Shown piece by piece: positions 9,464 to 19,797 of a DNA stretch of 34,219 bases (its first letter is position 1; every line of letters begins with the position of its first letter). Source of the stretch: Acidobacteriota bacterium. GTDB taxonomy: Bacteria; Acidobacteriota; UBA6911; JACQSX01. The DNA lies in NCBI GenBank assembly GCA_036507075.1, contig DASXQR010000007.1, positions 1-34,219 of the forward strand, read 5' to 3'. The notes under the pieces are model-generated. The model did no database searches. It saw nothing but the letters and a program-made list of their open reading frames with translations, and was not told where the DNA came from. Made by a program: the position numbers and the translations under genes.

Positions 9464-10198
9464 TTACTCCCCTTTCCTCCCCGGCTCGGTGGCGCGAATG
9501 AAAATATCTTCAAGGCTGGCATCGTGGTATGCGGCGAAATCGGCCGCCAGCTCGGCGACGGTTCCCAGCGCAACACGTTTTCCTCTTTGCAGGATCAGCA
9601 CCCGAGTGGAAATCTCTTCGACCAGATGCAATAGATGCGAGCTCACCACAATGGCAGCGCCGGAGGCGGCTCGAGATTGAATCGTGTTCTTCATGCGTCG
9701 GATTCCGAGCGGATCCAGCCCGGTGAGGGGTTCGTCAAACAACATGGCGGATGGCTGGTGAAGCAGGCCGCAGGCAATGATCAGCTTCTGTCGCATCCCG
9801 CGCGAAAGCTCCGAGGGTAAGGCGTTCTCCTTTCCTTCCAGTTCCAATTCCCGCAGAAGCTCGCGCGAGCGTTCAACCGCGTCCACCACATTGAAGATAC
9901 GGGCTGTCAGTTGCAGATGCTCCGACACAGTCAGGTAATCGAACAACTGCGGCTCATCGGGCATGAAGGCAAGCAGGCGCTTGGCCTCCACCGCCTGGGT
10001 GACGATGTCGTTTCCGCCTACCTGGATGGAACCGAGGCTCGGCCGGAGGATGCCCGCAATGCAGCGAAGCGTGGTGGTTTTGCCGGCTCCGTTGGGTCCA
10101 ACCAGGCCGAGGATCTCTCCCGGCTGCACCTGGAATGACAGATTGTCGACGGCCGCCAGGTTACCGTACATTTTTGTGAGTCCATTGACCTGAATCAT
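9464..10198 (-). CDS. ABC transporter ATP-binding protein
   Basis: Walker A GPNGAGKTT, signature LSRGMRQK, Walker B LFDEP, H-loop SSH. Confidence 0.95.
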   Translation of the reverse strand: MIQVNGLTKMYGNLAAVDNLSFQVQPGEILGLVGPNGAGKTTTLRCIAGILRPSLGSIQVGGNDIVTQAVEAKRLLAFMPDEPQLFDYLTVSEHLQLTARIFNVVDAVERSRELLRELELEGKENALPSELSRGMRQKLIIACGLLHQPSAMLFDEPLTGLDPLGIRRMKNTIQSRAASGAAIVVSSHLLHLVEEISTRVLILQRGKRVALGTVAELAADFAAYHDASLEDIFIRATEPGRKGE

Positions 10199-10220
10199 CG
10201 AAAGCTGAATCGTAGCATAC

Positions 10221-10538
10221 TCGAAAGTCGAAGGTCTGAATGTCGAAGGTCGAAGGTCACAGTCAGAACCACTGACGCGGGCGAATCATTCAGAAATCTT
10301 CACCGCAAAGACCGCTAAGAGCGCAAAGAAAAGCGCACAGGACGGGGCTGAAGCTTGGAGCATGAAGGGCATCACACCAACGTGTTGATAGCTTTGATGC
10401 CCTTCATGCTTCAAGCTTCAGCCCCATCCTGTGCGCTATCTTGGTGTTCTTAGCGGTCTTGTTATGTTTTTTGGAACGATTCGCGCCCTGAGTCAGTGGT
10501 TCTGACTGTGACCTTCGACCTTCGACATTCAAACTTTC
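10221..10538. repeat. Nested palindrome containing family B copy 1
   Basis: Heptamer arms enclose CAGAACCACTGAC arms, which enclose 9-mer arms, which enclose GGGGCTGAAGCTTGGAGCATGAAGGGCATCA arms. Confidence 0.9.
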
Positions 10539-10648
10539 TACATCCGGTCCTGCTAAGGCTCAGATTCTTCGTAATTTCTGGGCACTTGCGGCCGGCGCAA
10601 CTTCATGCGAAAATTCCTCTCTTTACCAAAAGGTGAAGTTTCTTCCTC

Positions 10649-10942
10649 ATGTTGAATCGAGAAGCCAGCATCCCCATAGATCGCTCTGAGTTCCCGCACA
10701 TCGACCAGATTGAAGAGCTGATTGAAAAACATTTCAAAACTCGCGAAGGGCTGATCTACGGAATGGATATGAAGGCGCGACTTTACACAATCGAGATGCC
10801 GAATGGGAAAATTCTGAGCTTTTTGACGGATTGGCTTGACGCGCTGCCCGACGAAGGACCCGGCCGAATAGATTTTTACATACGGATGCAGGCGACTTAC
10901 GGGCGCGAAGCGACCGTCCGTCGCGCTGCTTTCAGTGAATAA
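10649..10942 (+). CDS. Hypothetical protein
   Basis: 97-aa ORF with protein-like composition, overlapping the start of the kinase gene. Confidence 0.55.
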   Translation: MLNREASIPIDRSEFPHIDQIEELIEKHFKTREGLIYGMDMKARLYTIEMPNGKILSFLTDWLDALPDEGPGRIDFYIRMQATYGREATVRRAAFSE

Positions 10943-13900
10943 CTCGTTTACGGTGACTAAGTCTCGGCTGTTTGCCTATGTTCTGGCCGTTATTGCAAGC
11001 ATAGCAGCCTTCCTGCTGACCGAATCTCTGCTCCGCTTCTTCCGGCGCGATTTCTTTTTTATTTCCATAGCCGCGGTCAGCCTCACGGCCTTGTACGGGG
11101 GACTCGGACCGGCGATGCTGGCCATCGGGCTCACCGGCCTCGGAATAGCTTACCTGCTCTTTTACTCCGCTTATTCCCCGCTGATGGGCAGCACCGACGA
11201 GATCGTGGCTCTTGGCATTTATATCCTGGTTGCCCTGCTCACCAGCGCGCTGGCGGGACGCCGTGAGCAGGCCGAGAGGAAATCAAACGAGCAGCGCGAG
11301 TGGCTTCAGGTGATTTTGCACAGTGTGGCTGATGGCGTGATCGTCTCCGATCCGGATGGGCATATCACATTCATGAATGCAATGGCCGAGCAGGTCACCG
11401 GCTGGAAGGAAGAGGAAGCACGCAAAAAGAAGCTGGACGAAGTATTCCGCAGCGAGCCGCCCGGGTCGGAGCCGGCCGCCGGTGCGTCTGCTCTTTCGGG
11501 GAGCGACCAGCGCCTCAACAAGCCGACAACGTTGATTCGAAAAGACGGCACGCCTATCCCGGTCGAGCACAGCAGCGCTCCCATTCGCGACGATCAGGGG
11601 ACGGCTCTGGGGACGGCGCTGGTGCTGCGTGACATCAGCGACCGCAAAAAAGCGGAAGATCAGCTGCAGGAAAGCGAGCAGCGTTTTCGAATGATGGCGG
11701 ATACGGCTCCGGTCCTGATCTGGATGTGCGGACCGGATGCTCTCTGTACCTTCTTCAACAGGACGTGGCTGGACTTCCGTGGCGCGTCGCCGGACAACGA
11801 GCTGGGAACAGGTTGGCAGCGAGCCATTCACTCTGAAGACTTGGGCCGGTTCCAGAAGACCTTTCATTCTTCGGTGCGCGCGAGAAAGCAGTTCAGTGCC
11901 GAGTTTCGGCTGAAGAGGGCCGACGGCAGCTACCGCTGGATGCAGGCCACGGGCGTGCCGCTGTTGCTGGCTTCGGGTGAATTCGGAGGCTTCATCGGCA
12001 TTTGCCTGGATGTCAATGATTTCAAGGAGGCGCAGGAAGAGATCGGCAAATCGCGTGACCACCTCAATGTCATTTTGAATGGCCTGTCGGATGGAGTCAC
12101 GGTACAGGACCGAAGCGGAAAGCTGGTTTTCGCCAATGAAGCGGCGATCCGTTCTTCCGGATTCCCGTCTATGAACGCAATGCTCGAGGCCGAGCCCTCC
12201 TACTTTATGGATCAATTCGAACTGAGGGATGAGCTGGGCCGGCTATTTCGGTGGGAGGAGCTTCCTGGAAAAAGAGTGCTGCGGGGCGAGGATCCACCTC
12301 CTACCGTTATCCGCGTGCAGCCCCGCGCAAATGGCGAGGAAGCATGGATGCTGATCAAATCATCTCCGATCCGCGATGCGTCCGGCCAGATCCAGTTTGC
12401 CGTCAATATCTTCCATGACATTACGGCGCGCAGGAGGGCTGACGAAGCTCAACTGTTTCTTGCCGAAGCCAGCATCCTGCTTGCATCTTCGCTGAATTAC
12501 GAAGAAACCCTGAGCAGCCTGGCGCGGCTGGCCGTGCCCAGGCTGGCGGACTGGTGCGCCATCGACATCCTTGAGCATGGCGCCCGGCTGCGCCGATTGG
12601 CTGTGGCTCACGCCGATCCGGAGAAGGTCAAGTGGGCGCTGGATTTAGAGAAGCGCTTTCCGGCCGGCCTGGAAGATCCGCTTGGAGTTCCCAAAGTGAT
12701 TCGCACCGCCCGGTCGGAAATGGCCGAAGAAGTACCCGATACATTGCTGGTCGAAATCGCCGGAGACGAAGAGCATTTGCGCCTGCTGCGCGAGTTGGGA
12801 CTGAAATCTTACATGTGCGTGCCGATGGTGGCCCGGGGAAATGTTTTAGGCGCTATTACTTTTGTGTCCGCGGAAAGCGGCCGGCGGTACAAAGCAAGCG
12901 ACCTGCGTTTTGTGGAGGATCTGGCGGGTCGCGCCGCCGTTGCCGTTGACAACGCCGGCCTGTACCGCGAAGCGCAGGAAGCTAATCGGCTGAAAGATGA
13001 ATTTCTGGCGACGCTGTCTCACGAACTGCGCACGCCGCTGAACGCAGTGCTGGGTTGGGCTCACATGCTGCGAACCGGGCGATTAGATGAGGCGACGTCG
13101 GCGCGGGCTTTTGAGTCGATCGAACGAAACGCGCAGTCGCAGGCGCAACTAATCGCCGACATCCTGGATGTTTCGCGCATCATTACGGGCAAACTCCGCC
13201 TGGACATCAAAGCTACCAGGCTCACGCAGGTCATCGAATCGGCGATAGATTCGGTCCGCCCGGCCGCCACGGCTAAAGGAATTCCCATCACTTCGGTTCT
13301 GGATGCATCCGTCGATAGGATACCGGCTGATCCGGATCGCCTGCAGCAGGTGGTGTGGAATCTGCTTTCCAATGCGCTCAAGTTTACGTCCAAGGATGGC
13401 ACAGTGGAGGTTCGTCTCGAGCGCCACCATAGTCAGGCTCAGATTACCGTCCATGATACCGGCACGGGGATAGCTCCGGAATTTTTGCCGTTTGTGTTTG
13501 ACCGGTTCCGGCAAGCTGAAAGCAGCAGCACTCGACCGCACGGTGGGCTGGGTCTGGGGCTGGCCATCGTGCGGCATCTTGTGGAGCTCCATGGAGGCAC
13601 GGTGGAAGCGCACAGTCCAGGGCTGGGAATGGGCTCCACTTTTGAGGTGCGACTTCCAGTTCAGGCCGTGACCGAGACGGCGGGCAGTCCTGTGGTTGGC
13701 GGAGAGCGTGACAGACGGCACACGCGGTTTCCGAATCTTAAAGACGTGAAGGTGTTGGTTGTCGACGACGAAGCCGACGCGCGCGAGGTGATTACCACTG
13801 TTCTCGAGCAGCAGGGCGCAAAGACGCAGTCGGTCGGATCAGTGGCCGAGGCCATGGTAGAGATGCAGCGGTTCAAACCGGACGTGCTGATCAGCGACAT

Positions 13901-14117
13901 CGGGATGCCCGGAGAAGACGGCTACGTCCTGATTCGGAAGGTGCGCGCATTGCAGAGCGATCAGGGCGGCCGCATTCCGGCAGCCGCCTTGACGGCTTAC
14001 GCGCGCGTGGAAGATCGGACGCAGGTTCTGGAAGCCGGATTCCAGACGCACGTCACCAAACCAGTCGAGCCGGACGAACTGGTCGCCGTGGTGGCCGATC
14101 TCGCCCGAAAAACATAA
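10935..14117 (+). CDS. Hybrid sensor histidine kinase (TM, 3 PAS, GAF, HisKA, HATPase, REC)
   Basis: LSHELRTPL, NLLSNALKFT, DTGTG, GLGLGLAI and receiver VLVVDD...SDIGMP. Confidence 0.95.
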   Translation: MNNSFTVTKSRLFAYVLAVIASIAAFLLTESLLRFFRRDFFFISIAAVSLTALYGGLGPAMLAIGLTGLGIAYLLFYSAYSPLMGSTDEIVALGIYILVALLTSALAGRREQAERKSNEQREWLQVILHSVADGVIVSDPDGHITFMNAMAEQVTGWKEEEARKKKLDEVFRSEPPGSEPAAGASALSGSDQRLNKPTTLIRKDGTPIPVEHSSAPIRDDQGTALGTALVLRDISDRKKAEDQLQESEQRFRMMADTAPVLIWMCGPDALCTFFNRTWLDFRGASPDNELGTGWQRAIHSEDLGRFQKTFHSSVRARKQFSAEFRLKRADGSYRWMQATGVPLLLASGEFGGFIGICLDVNDFKEAQEEIGKSRDHLNVILNGLSDGVTVQDRSGKLVFANEAAIRSSGFPSMNAMLEAEPSYFMDQFELRDELGRLFRWEELPGKRVLRGEDPPPTVIRVQPRANGEEAWMLIKSSPIRDASGQIQFAVNIFHDITARRRADEAQLFLAEASILLASSLNYEETLSSLARLAVPRLADWCAIDILEHGARLRRLAVAHADPEKVKWALDLEKRFPAGLEDPLGVPKVIRTARSEMAEEVPDTLLVEIAGDEEHLRLLRELGLKSYMCVPMVARGNVLGAITFVSAESGRRYKASDLRFVEDLAGRAAVAVDNAGLYREAQEANRLKDEFLATLSHELRTPLNAVLGWAHMLRTGRLDEATSARAFESIERNAQSQAQLIADILDVSRIITGKLRLDIKATRLTQVIESAIDSVRPAATAKGIPITSVLDASVDRIPADPDRLQQVVWNLLSNALKFTSKDGTVEVRLERHHSQAQITVHDTGTGIAPEFLPFVFDRFRQAESSSTRPHGGLGLGLAIVRHLVELHGGTVEAHSPGLGMGSTFEVRLPVQAVTETAGSPVVGGERDRRHTRFPNLKDVKVLVVDDEADAREVITTVLEQQGAKTQSVGSVAEAMVEMQRFKPDVLISDIGMPGEDGYVLIRKVRALQSDQGGRIPAAALTAYARVEDRTQVLEAGFQTHVTKPVEPDELVAVVADLARKT

Positions 14118-14282
14118 CCGCCAAGAACGCTAAGAACGCCAAGATAGCACACAGGATGGGGGCTGAAACTTGAAGTATGAAGGGCACCACACCAGATGTG
14201 ACGGGGCTTTGGAGACCTTCATACTTCAAGCTTCAGCCCCCGTCCTGTGCGCTATCTTGGCGCTCTTGGCGTTCTTGGCGGT
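14117..14282. repeat. Palindromic element family B, copy 2
   Basis: ACCGCCAAGAACGC...GCGTTCTTGGCGGT with arms of about 65 bp, between convergent genes. Confidence 0.9.
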
Positions 14283-14286
14283 GAAG

Positions 14287-15258
14287 TTATACGACCAGCA
14301 GACTTTCCGCGAACGGCCATTCATGGTCAAACCACTGCTGCCTGCATTCAAAGCCGGCGCGGATTCCCATGGAAACAACTTCGTCTGAAGCGTAGCGGTA
14401 AGAATATTCGGTAAGGATTGTTTCATCCTTCTTCAGCGTCACACGGCATTCCGCTTTCGGGATTTCTATTGTCTGCGCGGTGGTGGAACGCAGGTACATC
14501 TCGATGCGCCGTTCGCTCGCGTTGTATGCGGCCACGTGCCGAAACCGAACCGGCTGAAAGTCAGCGTCCAGCTCACGATTGATGCGTGCCAGCAGGTTTA
14601 GATTGAATGCCGCGGTCACGCCGATGGCATCGTCGTATGCCGCAAGCAACTGGTCGACAGGCTTCTCCAGATCTGTTCCCAGCAGCAACGCGTCGGCTGG
14701 CTTTAGCAGAGAGCGGATTTCGCCCAGAAATCGATCCGCCTGGGCGCGGGTGAAGTTTCCAATGGTGCTGCCCAGGAACAACACCAGCAGGCGATCGAAG
14801 CTCGCACGGCGGCTGGAAGCTTCCCTCAGGCCGTCCAGATATTCACTTTGGACGATTTGAATCGTCAGGTTCGATATGGCTGATAACTCCAGCGCGCACG
14901 CCGCCAAAGCCGGTTCGGAGATCTCGATGGGATAATAGGTCGTCGGTTGTTCGGCGCACAGCGCTTCCAGGATGTGGCGGGTTTTCTTGCCGCTTCCGCT
15001 CCCCAGTTCTGCTACGGCCACCGGCCGGCCCATATGGCCGACTATTTCCCCGGCGTATCGCTGCAGGATTCGCTCGTCGGCACGCGTAAGGCCGTATTCC
15101 GGCAACACGCTGATGACCTCAAACAGCGCAGATCCGACGGGATCATAAAAATACTTGCAGGGAAGCTGCTTCTGGTCGTCGCGGCACAACCCCTGGCGAA
15201 CGGCCCGCGCAAAATCGGCCCGTGCCTGTGTCGCGATCAGTTCGCTTTCTGTTCTCAT
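14287..15258 (-). CDS. egtD: L-histidine N(alpha)-methyltransferase
   Basis: KYFYD.GS.LF, EY.LTR, ELGSG, FLGSTIGNF, AYDDAIGVTAAFNLN and TEYSYRY motifs. Confidence 0.93.
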   Translation of the reverse strand: MRTESELIATQARADFARAVRQGLCRDDQKQLPCKYFYDPVGSALFEVISVLPEYGLTRADERILQRYAGEIVGHMGRPVAVAELGSGSGKKTRHILEALCAEQPTTYYPIEISEPALAACALELSAISNLTIQIVQSEYLDGLREASSRRASFDRLLVLFLGSTIGNFTRAQADRFLGEIRSLLKPADALLLGTDLEKPVDQLLAAYDDAIGVTAAFNLNLLARINRELDADFQPVRFRHVAAYNASERRIEMYLRSTTAQTIEIPKAECRVTLKKDETILTEYSYRYASDEVVSMGIRAGFECRQQWFDHEWPFAESLLVV

Positions 15259-15285
15259 TTTCTAAAAGTGTATGGATCATCATAT

Positions 15286-15601
15286 AAGTCGAAAGTCGAA
15301 AGTCGAAAGTCAAAAGTCGAAAGCCGCGTCCCAAGTCCGAACCGCGCGCGTAAGCAAGCGGATCCTCCGCTGATAGTTTGCCACGAAGGCACGAAGACAC
15401 GAAGGACAACGATTGAGTTAGAACTGCCACTTCTTCGACAATCTGGATCGAGTTATGAGAAGTGTCACTTCAAATTGAATCACGATTCTTCGTGTCTTCG
15501 TGCCTTCGTGGCAAATTACCAGGGGAGAGGTCCGCTTGCTTACGTGCGCGGCTCGGACCTGGGAGGAGACGACTTTCGACCTTCGACTTTCGATCTTCGA
15601 C
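15286..15601. repeat. Nested palindrome: heptamer arms around family A copy 3 (15329-15564)
   Basis: AGTCGAA array, then the complete family A element, then a TTCGACY array. Confidence 0.9.
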
Positions 15602-15620
15602 CGTTATAATCCCCAAAACC

Positions 15621-17348
15621 ATGATGGTGCGTTTATTCTTTTGGATCTCAATTTTCCTGACTGCGAGCATGATCATTCTATTTGCGGCACAAAAAAAGGC
15701 GGCCTTGCCAAAAACATCGCCGGCTGACCTGGCGGTCCTGGCCAAAGACTATTACGCCTGGCGTGATCGAAGTTATCCGGTGCGCAGCAGCGACGAAGGA
15801 CTTCATACCTGGGACGACAAGCTGGCCGACTATTCGCGCGTTGCCGTTCTGGCGCGACGCCGGCGCGTCAGAGAAACGCTGGCTCGAGTTCGTGTTGTGG
15901 ACACTTCCAAATGGAATAAGGACGACAAGATTGACTGGCTGCTTTTTCGATCCCAACTGGAGCGCGCCGAATTTTTCGATCGCGTGATGCAGTTCGAAGA
16001 GACCGATCCGCAGACTTATGTGGGAGAGTGCAGCAATGCGATCTTCAGCCTGCTCAAGAAGGATTACGATACCACGCGCCGGCGCGCTGCCAGCGCCGCA
16101 TCCAGGCTGAGACAGATGCGTGCTTTGCTCGAGGAAGGGAAGAAGAACCTTCGAAAACCGGTGCGTCTGTATGCGCAGCTTGCCATCGAGTCGGCCCGCT
16201 CCATGGACAGCTTGTTCAATGAAAGTCTGATGACGCTGGCGCGGGACCTGCCGGCATCGGAAGAAAAAGAGCTGAAGGCGGCGCGCGATGCAGCGCTGGC
16301 TTCGCTCAAGTCTTTTGCGCAATGGTTGGAAAGAGGGCTGCCGAAAATGGTTCCCTTCGTCCCCATGGGTGAGGACAACTACAATTACATGCTCAAGCAT
16401 GTCTATCTTCTTCCGCTGGATGCTGCCCAGGTGGCCATGCTTGGCGAGTCGGAACTGGCCCGCTACCGGGGCCTGGAATCGCTGCTGCCGGATCCATCGC
16501 TGGCCGATCCCAATGCCACGCGCAGCAAGAGCGTTCCCGGGGACCAGCAGGCGTTTTTGAAAGCGTACGAGAACCGCCAGTCCGAGATGATTCGATTTCT
16601 TAAAGACAAGAAGCTGGTGACGCTTCCGTCGTTTCTGGGTCCGTTCTACATCCGGCAGCTTCCGGATGCTTTTAAGCCGACCAGCCCAGGGGGATTCATG
16701 AATCCTCCGGGGATTTATGACAAAGACAGCAGCGGCTTTTATTTCATTCCCACCTACAACCCGAAGAGCGGAAACTTTTACATCCGCGCGGCCATCGAGG
16801 ATCCGCGTCCCATTCTGGGCCATGAGGGCATTCCGGGACACTTTTTGCAGATCTCCATCGCCAATCATCTGCCCGATGAGATTCGCCGGCAGCACGGCGA
16901 TGGTGTATTCGTGGAAGGCTGGGCGCTTTACACCGAAGAGATGCTGATGCGCACCGGATTGTATCCGGACAATTCTCCGGCGCAGGGTCAGATCCTGCGG
17001 CTGTCGCGGTATCGGGCGGCGCGCATCGGGGTGGATGTCAATCTCCACACAGGAAGGTGGACTTACGATCAGGCGGTGAAATATTTTATGGAAGCCGGAG
17101 GTCTGGATCGGGAAGCGGCCGAGGGCGAAGCAGCCGGCGCCGCCTCATCGCCGTCGCAGAAGATCACTTACATGGTGGGCAAGTGGCAGATTATGCGCCT
17201 GCTGGGCCGTTATCGCGACCGGCAGGGAAACCAGTTCCGTCTGGGCGCTTTTCATGACGATCTGCTTCGCAACGGAAGCCTGCCGCTCTCAATCGTGGAG
17301 TGGATTCTGCTCGACGATCCCGAAACTTTACAAAAAGCGCTTCGCTAG
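15621..17348 (+). CDS. DUF885 family secreted protein
   Basis: HEGIPGHFLQ, FVEGWALYTE and R..VDV.LH motifs; signal peptide from ATG 15621. The upstream ORF extension is repeat-derived. Confidence 0.88.
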   Translation: MMVRLFFWISIFLTASMIILFAAQKKAALPKTSPADLAVLAKDYYAWRDRSYPVRSSDEGLHTWDDKLADYSRVAVLARRRRVRETLARVRVVDTSKWNKDDKIDWLLFRSQLERAEFFDRVMQFEETDPQTYVGECSNAIFSLLKKDYDTTRRRAASAASRLRQMRALLEEGKKNLRKPVRLYAQLAIESARSMDSLFNESLMTLARDLPASEEKELKAARDAALASLKSFAQWLERGLPKMVPFVPMGEDNYNYMLKHVYLLPLDAAQVAMLGESELARYRGLESLLPDPSLADPNATRSKSVPGDQQAFLKAYENRQSEMIRFLKDKKLVTLPSFLGPFYIRQLPDAFKPTSPGGFMNPPGIYDKDSSGFYFIPTYNPKSGNFYIRAAIEDPRPILGHEGIPGHFLQISIANHLPDEIRRQHGDGVFVEGWALYTEEMLMRTGLYPDNSPAQGQILRLSRYRAARIGVDVNLHTGRWTYDQAVKYFMEAGGLDREAAEGEAAGAASSPSQKITYMVGKWQIMRLLGRYRDRQGNQFRLGAFHDDLLRNGSLPLSIVEWILLDDPETLQKALR

Positions 17349-17351
17349 CGC

Positions 17352-17563
17352 GGTTTCAGGTTTCAGGTTTCGGGTTTTCGGGTTCCGGGTTTTCCGGTTC
17401 CCGGTTCCGGGTTATGATTTTCGATTGTGGATTCTGGAATTGAAGCTTCAAAGATTTAATATATTGAATTATATTGAATTTGGGTTTTATAACCCGAAAA
17501 CCCGTAACTCGAAAACCCGTAACTCGAAAACCCGAAAACCCGAAAACCCGATAACCCGTAACC
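17352..17563. repeat. Inverted 7-8-mer arrays (CGGGTTTT / AAAACCCG) flanking an AT-rich spacer
   Basis: Arrays at 17352-17412 and 17491-17563 are complementary. Confidence 0.85.
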
Positions 17564-17581
17564 TTTGACGAGGAACACCAA

Positions 17582-18106
17582 ATGTCCAACGTTGCTCCAC
17601 AATTTACAGCGTACATTAAGAAAACACTCGACCTGCTCGGCGACAAAAAGCCGCTGGATGTCCAGAAGAAAACGGCGACAAAGCTGCACAAAGCGACTTC
17701 CGGTCTCAGCCGAAAACAATTGAGCTGGAATCGCGCTCCTGGAAAATGGTCCATCCGGCAGATTGTGGCGCACCTGGCAGACACGGAGATGGTTTATGCT
17801 TACCGCCTGCGGCGCAGTCTTTCCAGCTCGGGATCCAACATTGAGGCCTACGATCAGGATGCGTGGGCACGCGATGGCAGATATCAGGACCACTCAGTGC
17901 AAAGCGATATTGAATATTTTGACGCGATGCGCCGGATGAACCTGGAGTTTTACAAGCGACTCTCCAAAGAAGAGTGGAAGCGCTTCGGCCTTCATTCCGA
18001 GCGCGGGCAGGAGTCAATTGAGCAGGTTTGCCGGCTGATGGCAGGGCATGACCTGAATCATTTGGGCCAGATCGAGGCCATCCGAAAAAAGCTGCTGCAA
18101 AAATGA
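17582..18106 (+). CDS. DinB family protein
   Basis: PGKWSIRQIVAHLAD and AGHDLNHL motifs; GAGGA RBS. Confidence 0.9.
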   Translation: MSNVAPQFTAYIKKTLDLLGDKKPLDVQKKTATKLHKATSGLSRKQLSWNRAPGKWSIRQIVAHLADTEMVYAYRLRRSLSSSGSNIEAYDQDAWARDGRYQDHSVQSDIEYFDAMRRMNLEFYKRLSKEEWKRFGLHSERGQESIEQVCRLMAGHDLNHLGQIEAIRKKLLQK

Positions 18107-18167
18107 TCCCTGCCGTGAAATCAAATACAAGATTGTGCATTTGGTTCGCGCAAGCTTCTTGAACTGG

Positions 18168-18215
18168 CTTGGTGCCCTGGTGGTTCATTCTTTTTTGAAC
18201 CACCAAGACACCAAG
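18168..18215. repeat. 9-mer-arm hairpin
   Basis: CTTGGTGCCCTGGTGGTTCA...TGAACCACCAAGACACCAAG. Confidence 0.75.
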
Positions 18216-18249
18216 GCTGAAAATCTCATCCGGAGAACTTGACATCGAC

Positions 18250-19794
18250 ATGAGACAGGCTTTTCGTCTTTTCCTGCTGACGTTTTTCCTCAAGATATCA
18301 GTTGCCGCCGACGTCTCCTGGATTACGCTTGCCCCCATGCCGGATCCGCAACAGGAAGTCGCCACCGCGGAACTCAACGGCAAGGTTTACGTCATCGGCG
18401 GCTTCCCGGGAAGCGACCGGGTGCAGGAGTACGACCTTGCGAGTAATACCTGGAGGATTGTGGCGCCGCTCCCAATCCAGGTGGACCACGCTGCCGCGGC
18501 TTCCGTGGGCGGCAAGCTTTATGTGATAGGCGGAAGAATCAGCAGTGGAAATTCCAGCGCGCTGTATGAATACGACCCGGCAGCCAACCGATGGACTCGC
18601 AAAACTTCCATGCCAACGCCTCGCAACGCCCTGGCTGCCGCTGTCATCGACGGAAAGATCTACGCTGTCGGGGGAGCGAGTGCGACCGGCAGAGAGCTGG
18701 AAGTCTACGATCCGGCCACGGACATCTGGATCCAGCGCGCCATGATGCCGACCGGCAGAAACCATATGGCGGCGGGGGCGATCCGGGGCAAGCTGTATGT
18801 GGCCGGCGGTCGCCCGAACGACGGATCGGTGCTGGAGGTTTATGATCCGGCTTCCAATACCTGGGGCACCAAGGCGCGCATGCCGACAGCCCGCTCGGGA
18901 CACGCGGGAGCGGTGGTGGACGATAAGTTTTACACCTTCGGAGGGGAAGGGAATCCCAACAGCCCCATCGGAATATTTCGCGAAGTCGAGGTGTATGACC
19001 CTGAAAAGGATTCGTGGACCTCGCTTGAGCCCATGCCTACGCCGCGCCACGGCATCGGGGCCGCCGCTATAGGAAGGCGTATTTACCTGCCGGGAGGCGC
19101 CACCCGGGCAGGCGGCGGAAGCCAGACGGGATTAAATGAGGCCTTCGTAGTACAGCCCGAGACGCTCTGGTTTGCTCATTTTGCGGCCGGGCCAGGTTTT
19201 GACGGCGAGCTGGTGCTGGGAAATCCAGGGGCGTCAGCCGTCGTCGCCGTCGTTGAAATTCGCGATCAGCAGGGGAAACCCCTCGAGCTGATTCTGGGCA
19301 ATACCCTCCGCAGCCGCGCTACGGTAAGCATTCCCCCGCTCGGCTCGGCCACCTTGCGCACCTCGGATACGGGAAATACCGTCCGTGCAGGATCCATCAT
19401 GGTCAGCTCCGAAGGTCCAGTGAGCGGAGTTCTGTTTTTCGCTGACGGCATCTCCGGCCTCGACAGCAGTTCGCCCCTGTCGAGGTTTTTTTTCGCCGTG
19501 CAGCGGGATTCCGTCACATCCGCGGGAGTTGCAATCGCTAACACCACAGACAGCAGCGTTTCGGTAGAACTGATCTTGCGCCGTGAGGGCGGCCAGGAAC
19601 TTGCGCGCCGCCAGATTACGCTGTCCCCGCGCGGGCAATTTGCTGAACTGCTTGAGAAAGCCTTTCCCGCGGCGGGAATCGAAAGCGAGAATTTCCGCGG
19701 CACTGTGACGGGCGCCGCGAGCGGATCCGTCGTAATCTTGGCGCTGCTTTTCCGCGGAAAGAATTTCACAACACTGCCCGTCACGACATTCTAA
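18250..19794 (+). CDS. Secreted Kelch-repeat protein with a C-terminal beta-rich domain
   Basis: Six repeats of the type G-K-x-Y-x-x-GG...YDP...W, plus a signal peptide. Confidence 0.9.
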   Translation: MRQAFRLFLLTFFLKISVAADVSWITLAPMPDPQQEVATAELNGKVYVIGGFPGSDRVQEYDLASNTWRIVAPLPIQVDHAAAASVGGKLYVIGGRISSGNSSALYEYDPAANRWTRKTSMPTPRNALAAAVIDGKIYAVGGASATGRELEVYDPATDIWIQRAMMPTGRNHMAAGAIRGKLYVAGGRPNDGSVLEVYDPASNTWGTKARMPTARSGHAGAVVDDKFYTFGGEGNPNSPIGIFREVEVYDPEKDSWTSLEPMPTPRHGIGAAAIGRRIYLPGGATRAGGGSQTGLNEAFVVQPETLWFAHFAAGPGFDGELVLGNPGASAVVAVVEIRDQQGKPLELILGNTLRSRATVSIPPLGSATLRTSDTGNTVRAGSIMVSSEGPVSGVLFFADGISGLDSSSPLSRFFFAVQRDSVTSAGVAIANTTDSSVSVELILRREGGQELARRQITLSPRGQFAELLEKAFPAAGIESENFRGTVTGAASGSVVILALLFRGKNFTTLPVTTF

Positions 19795-19797
19795 AAT

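Noticed and set aside
14170..14388. 72-aa ORF with a hydrophobic stretch
   Set aside because: It derives from the family B palindrome and overlaps egtD on the antisense strand.
15462..15620. N-terminal extension of the DUF885 ORF
   Set aside because: It is translated repeat sequence; a normal signal peptide starts at 15621.
15678..17048. Long antisense ORFs (also 8040-9131, 11283-12215, 4014-4871)
   Set aside because: Shadow ORFs opposite well-supported genes in GC-rich DNA.
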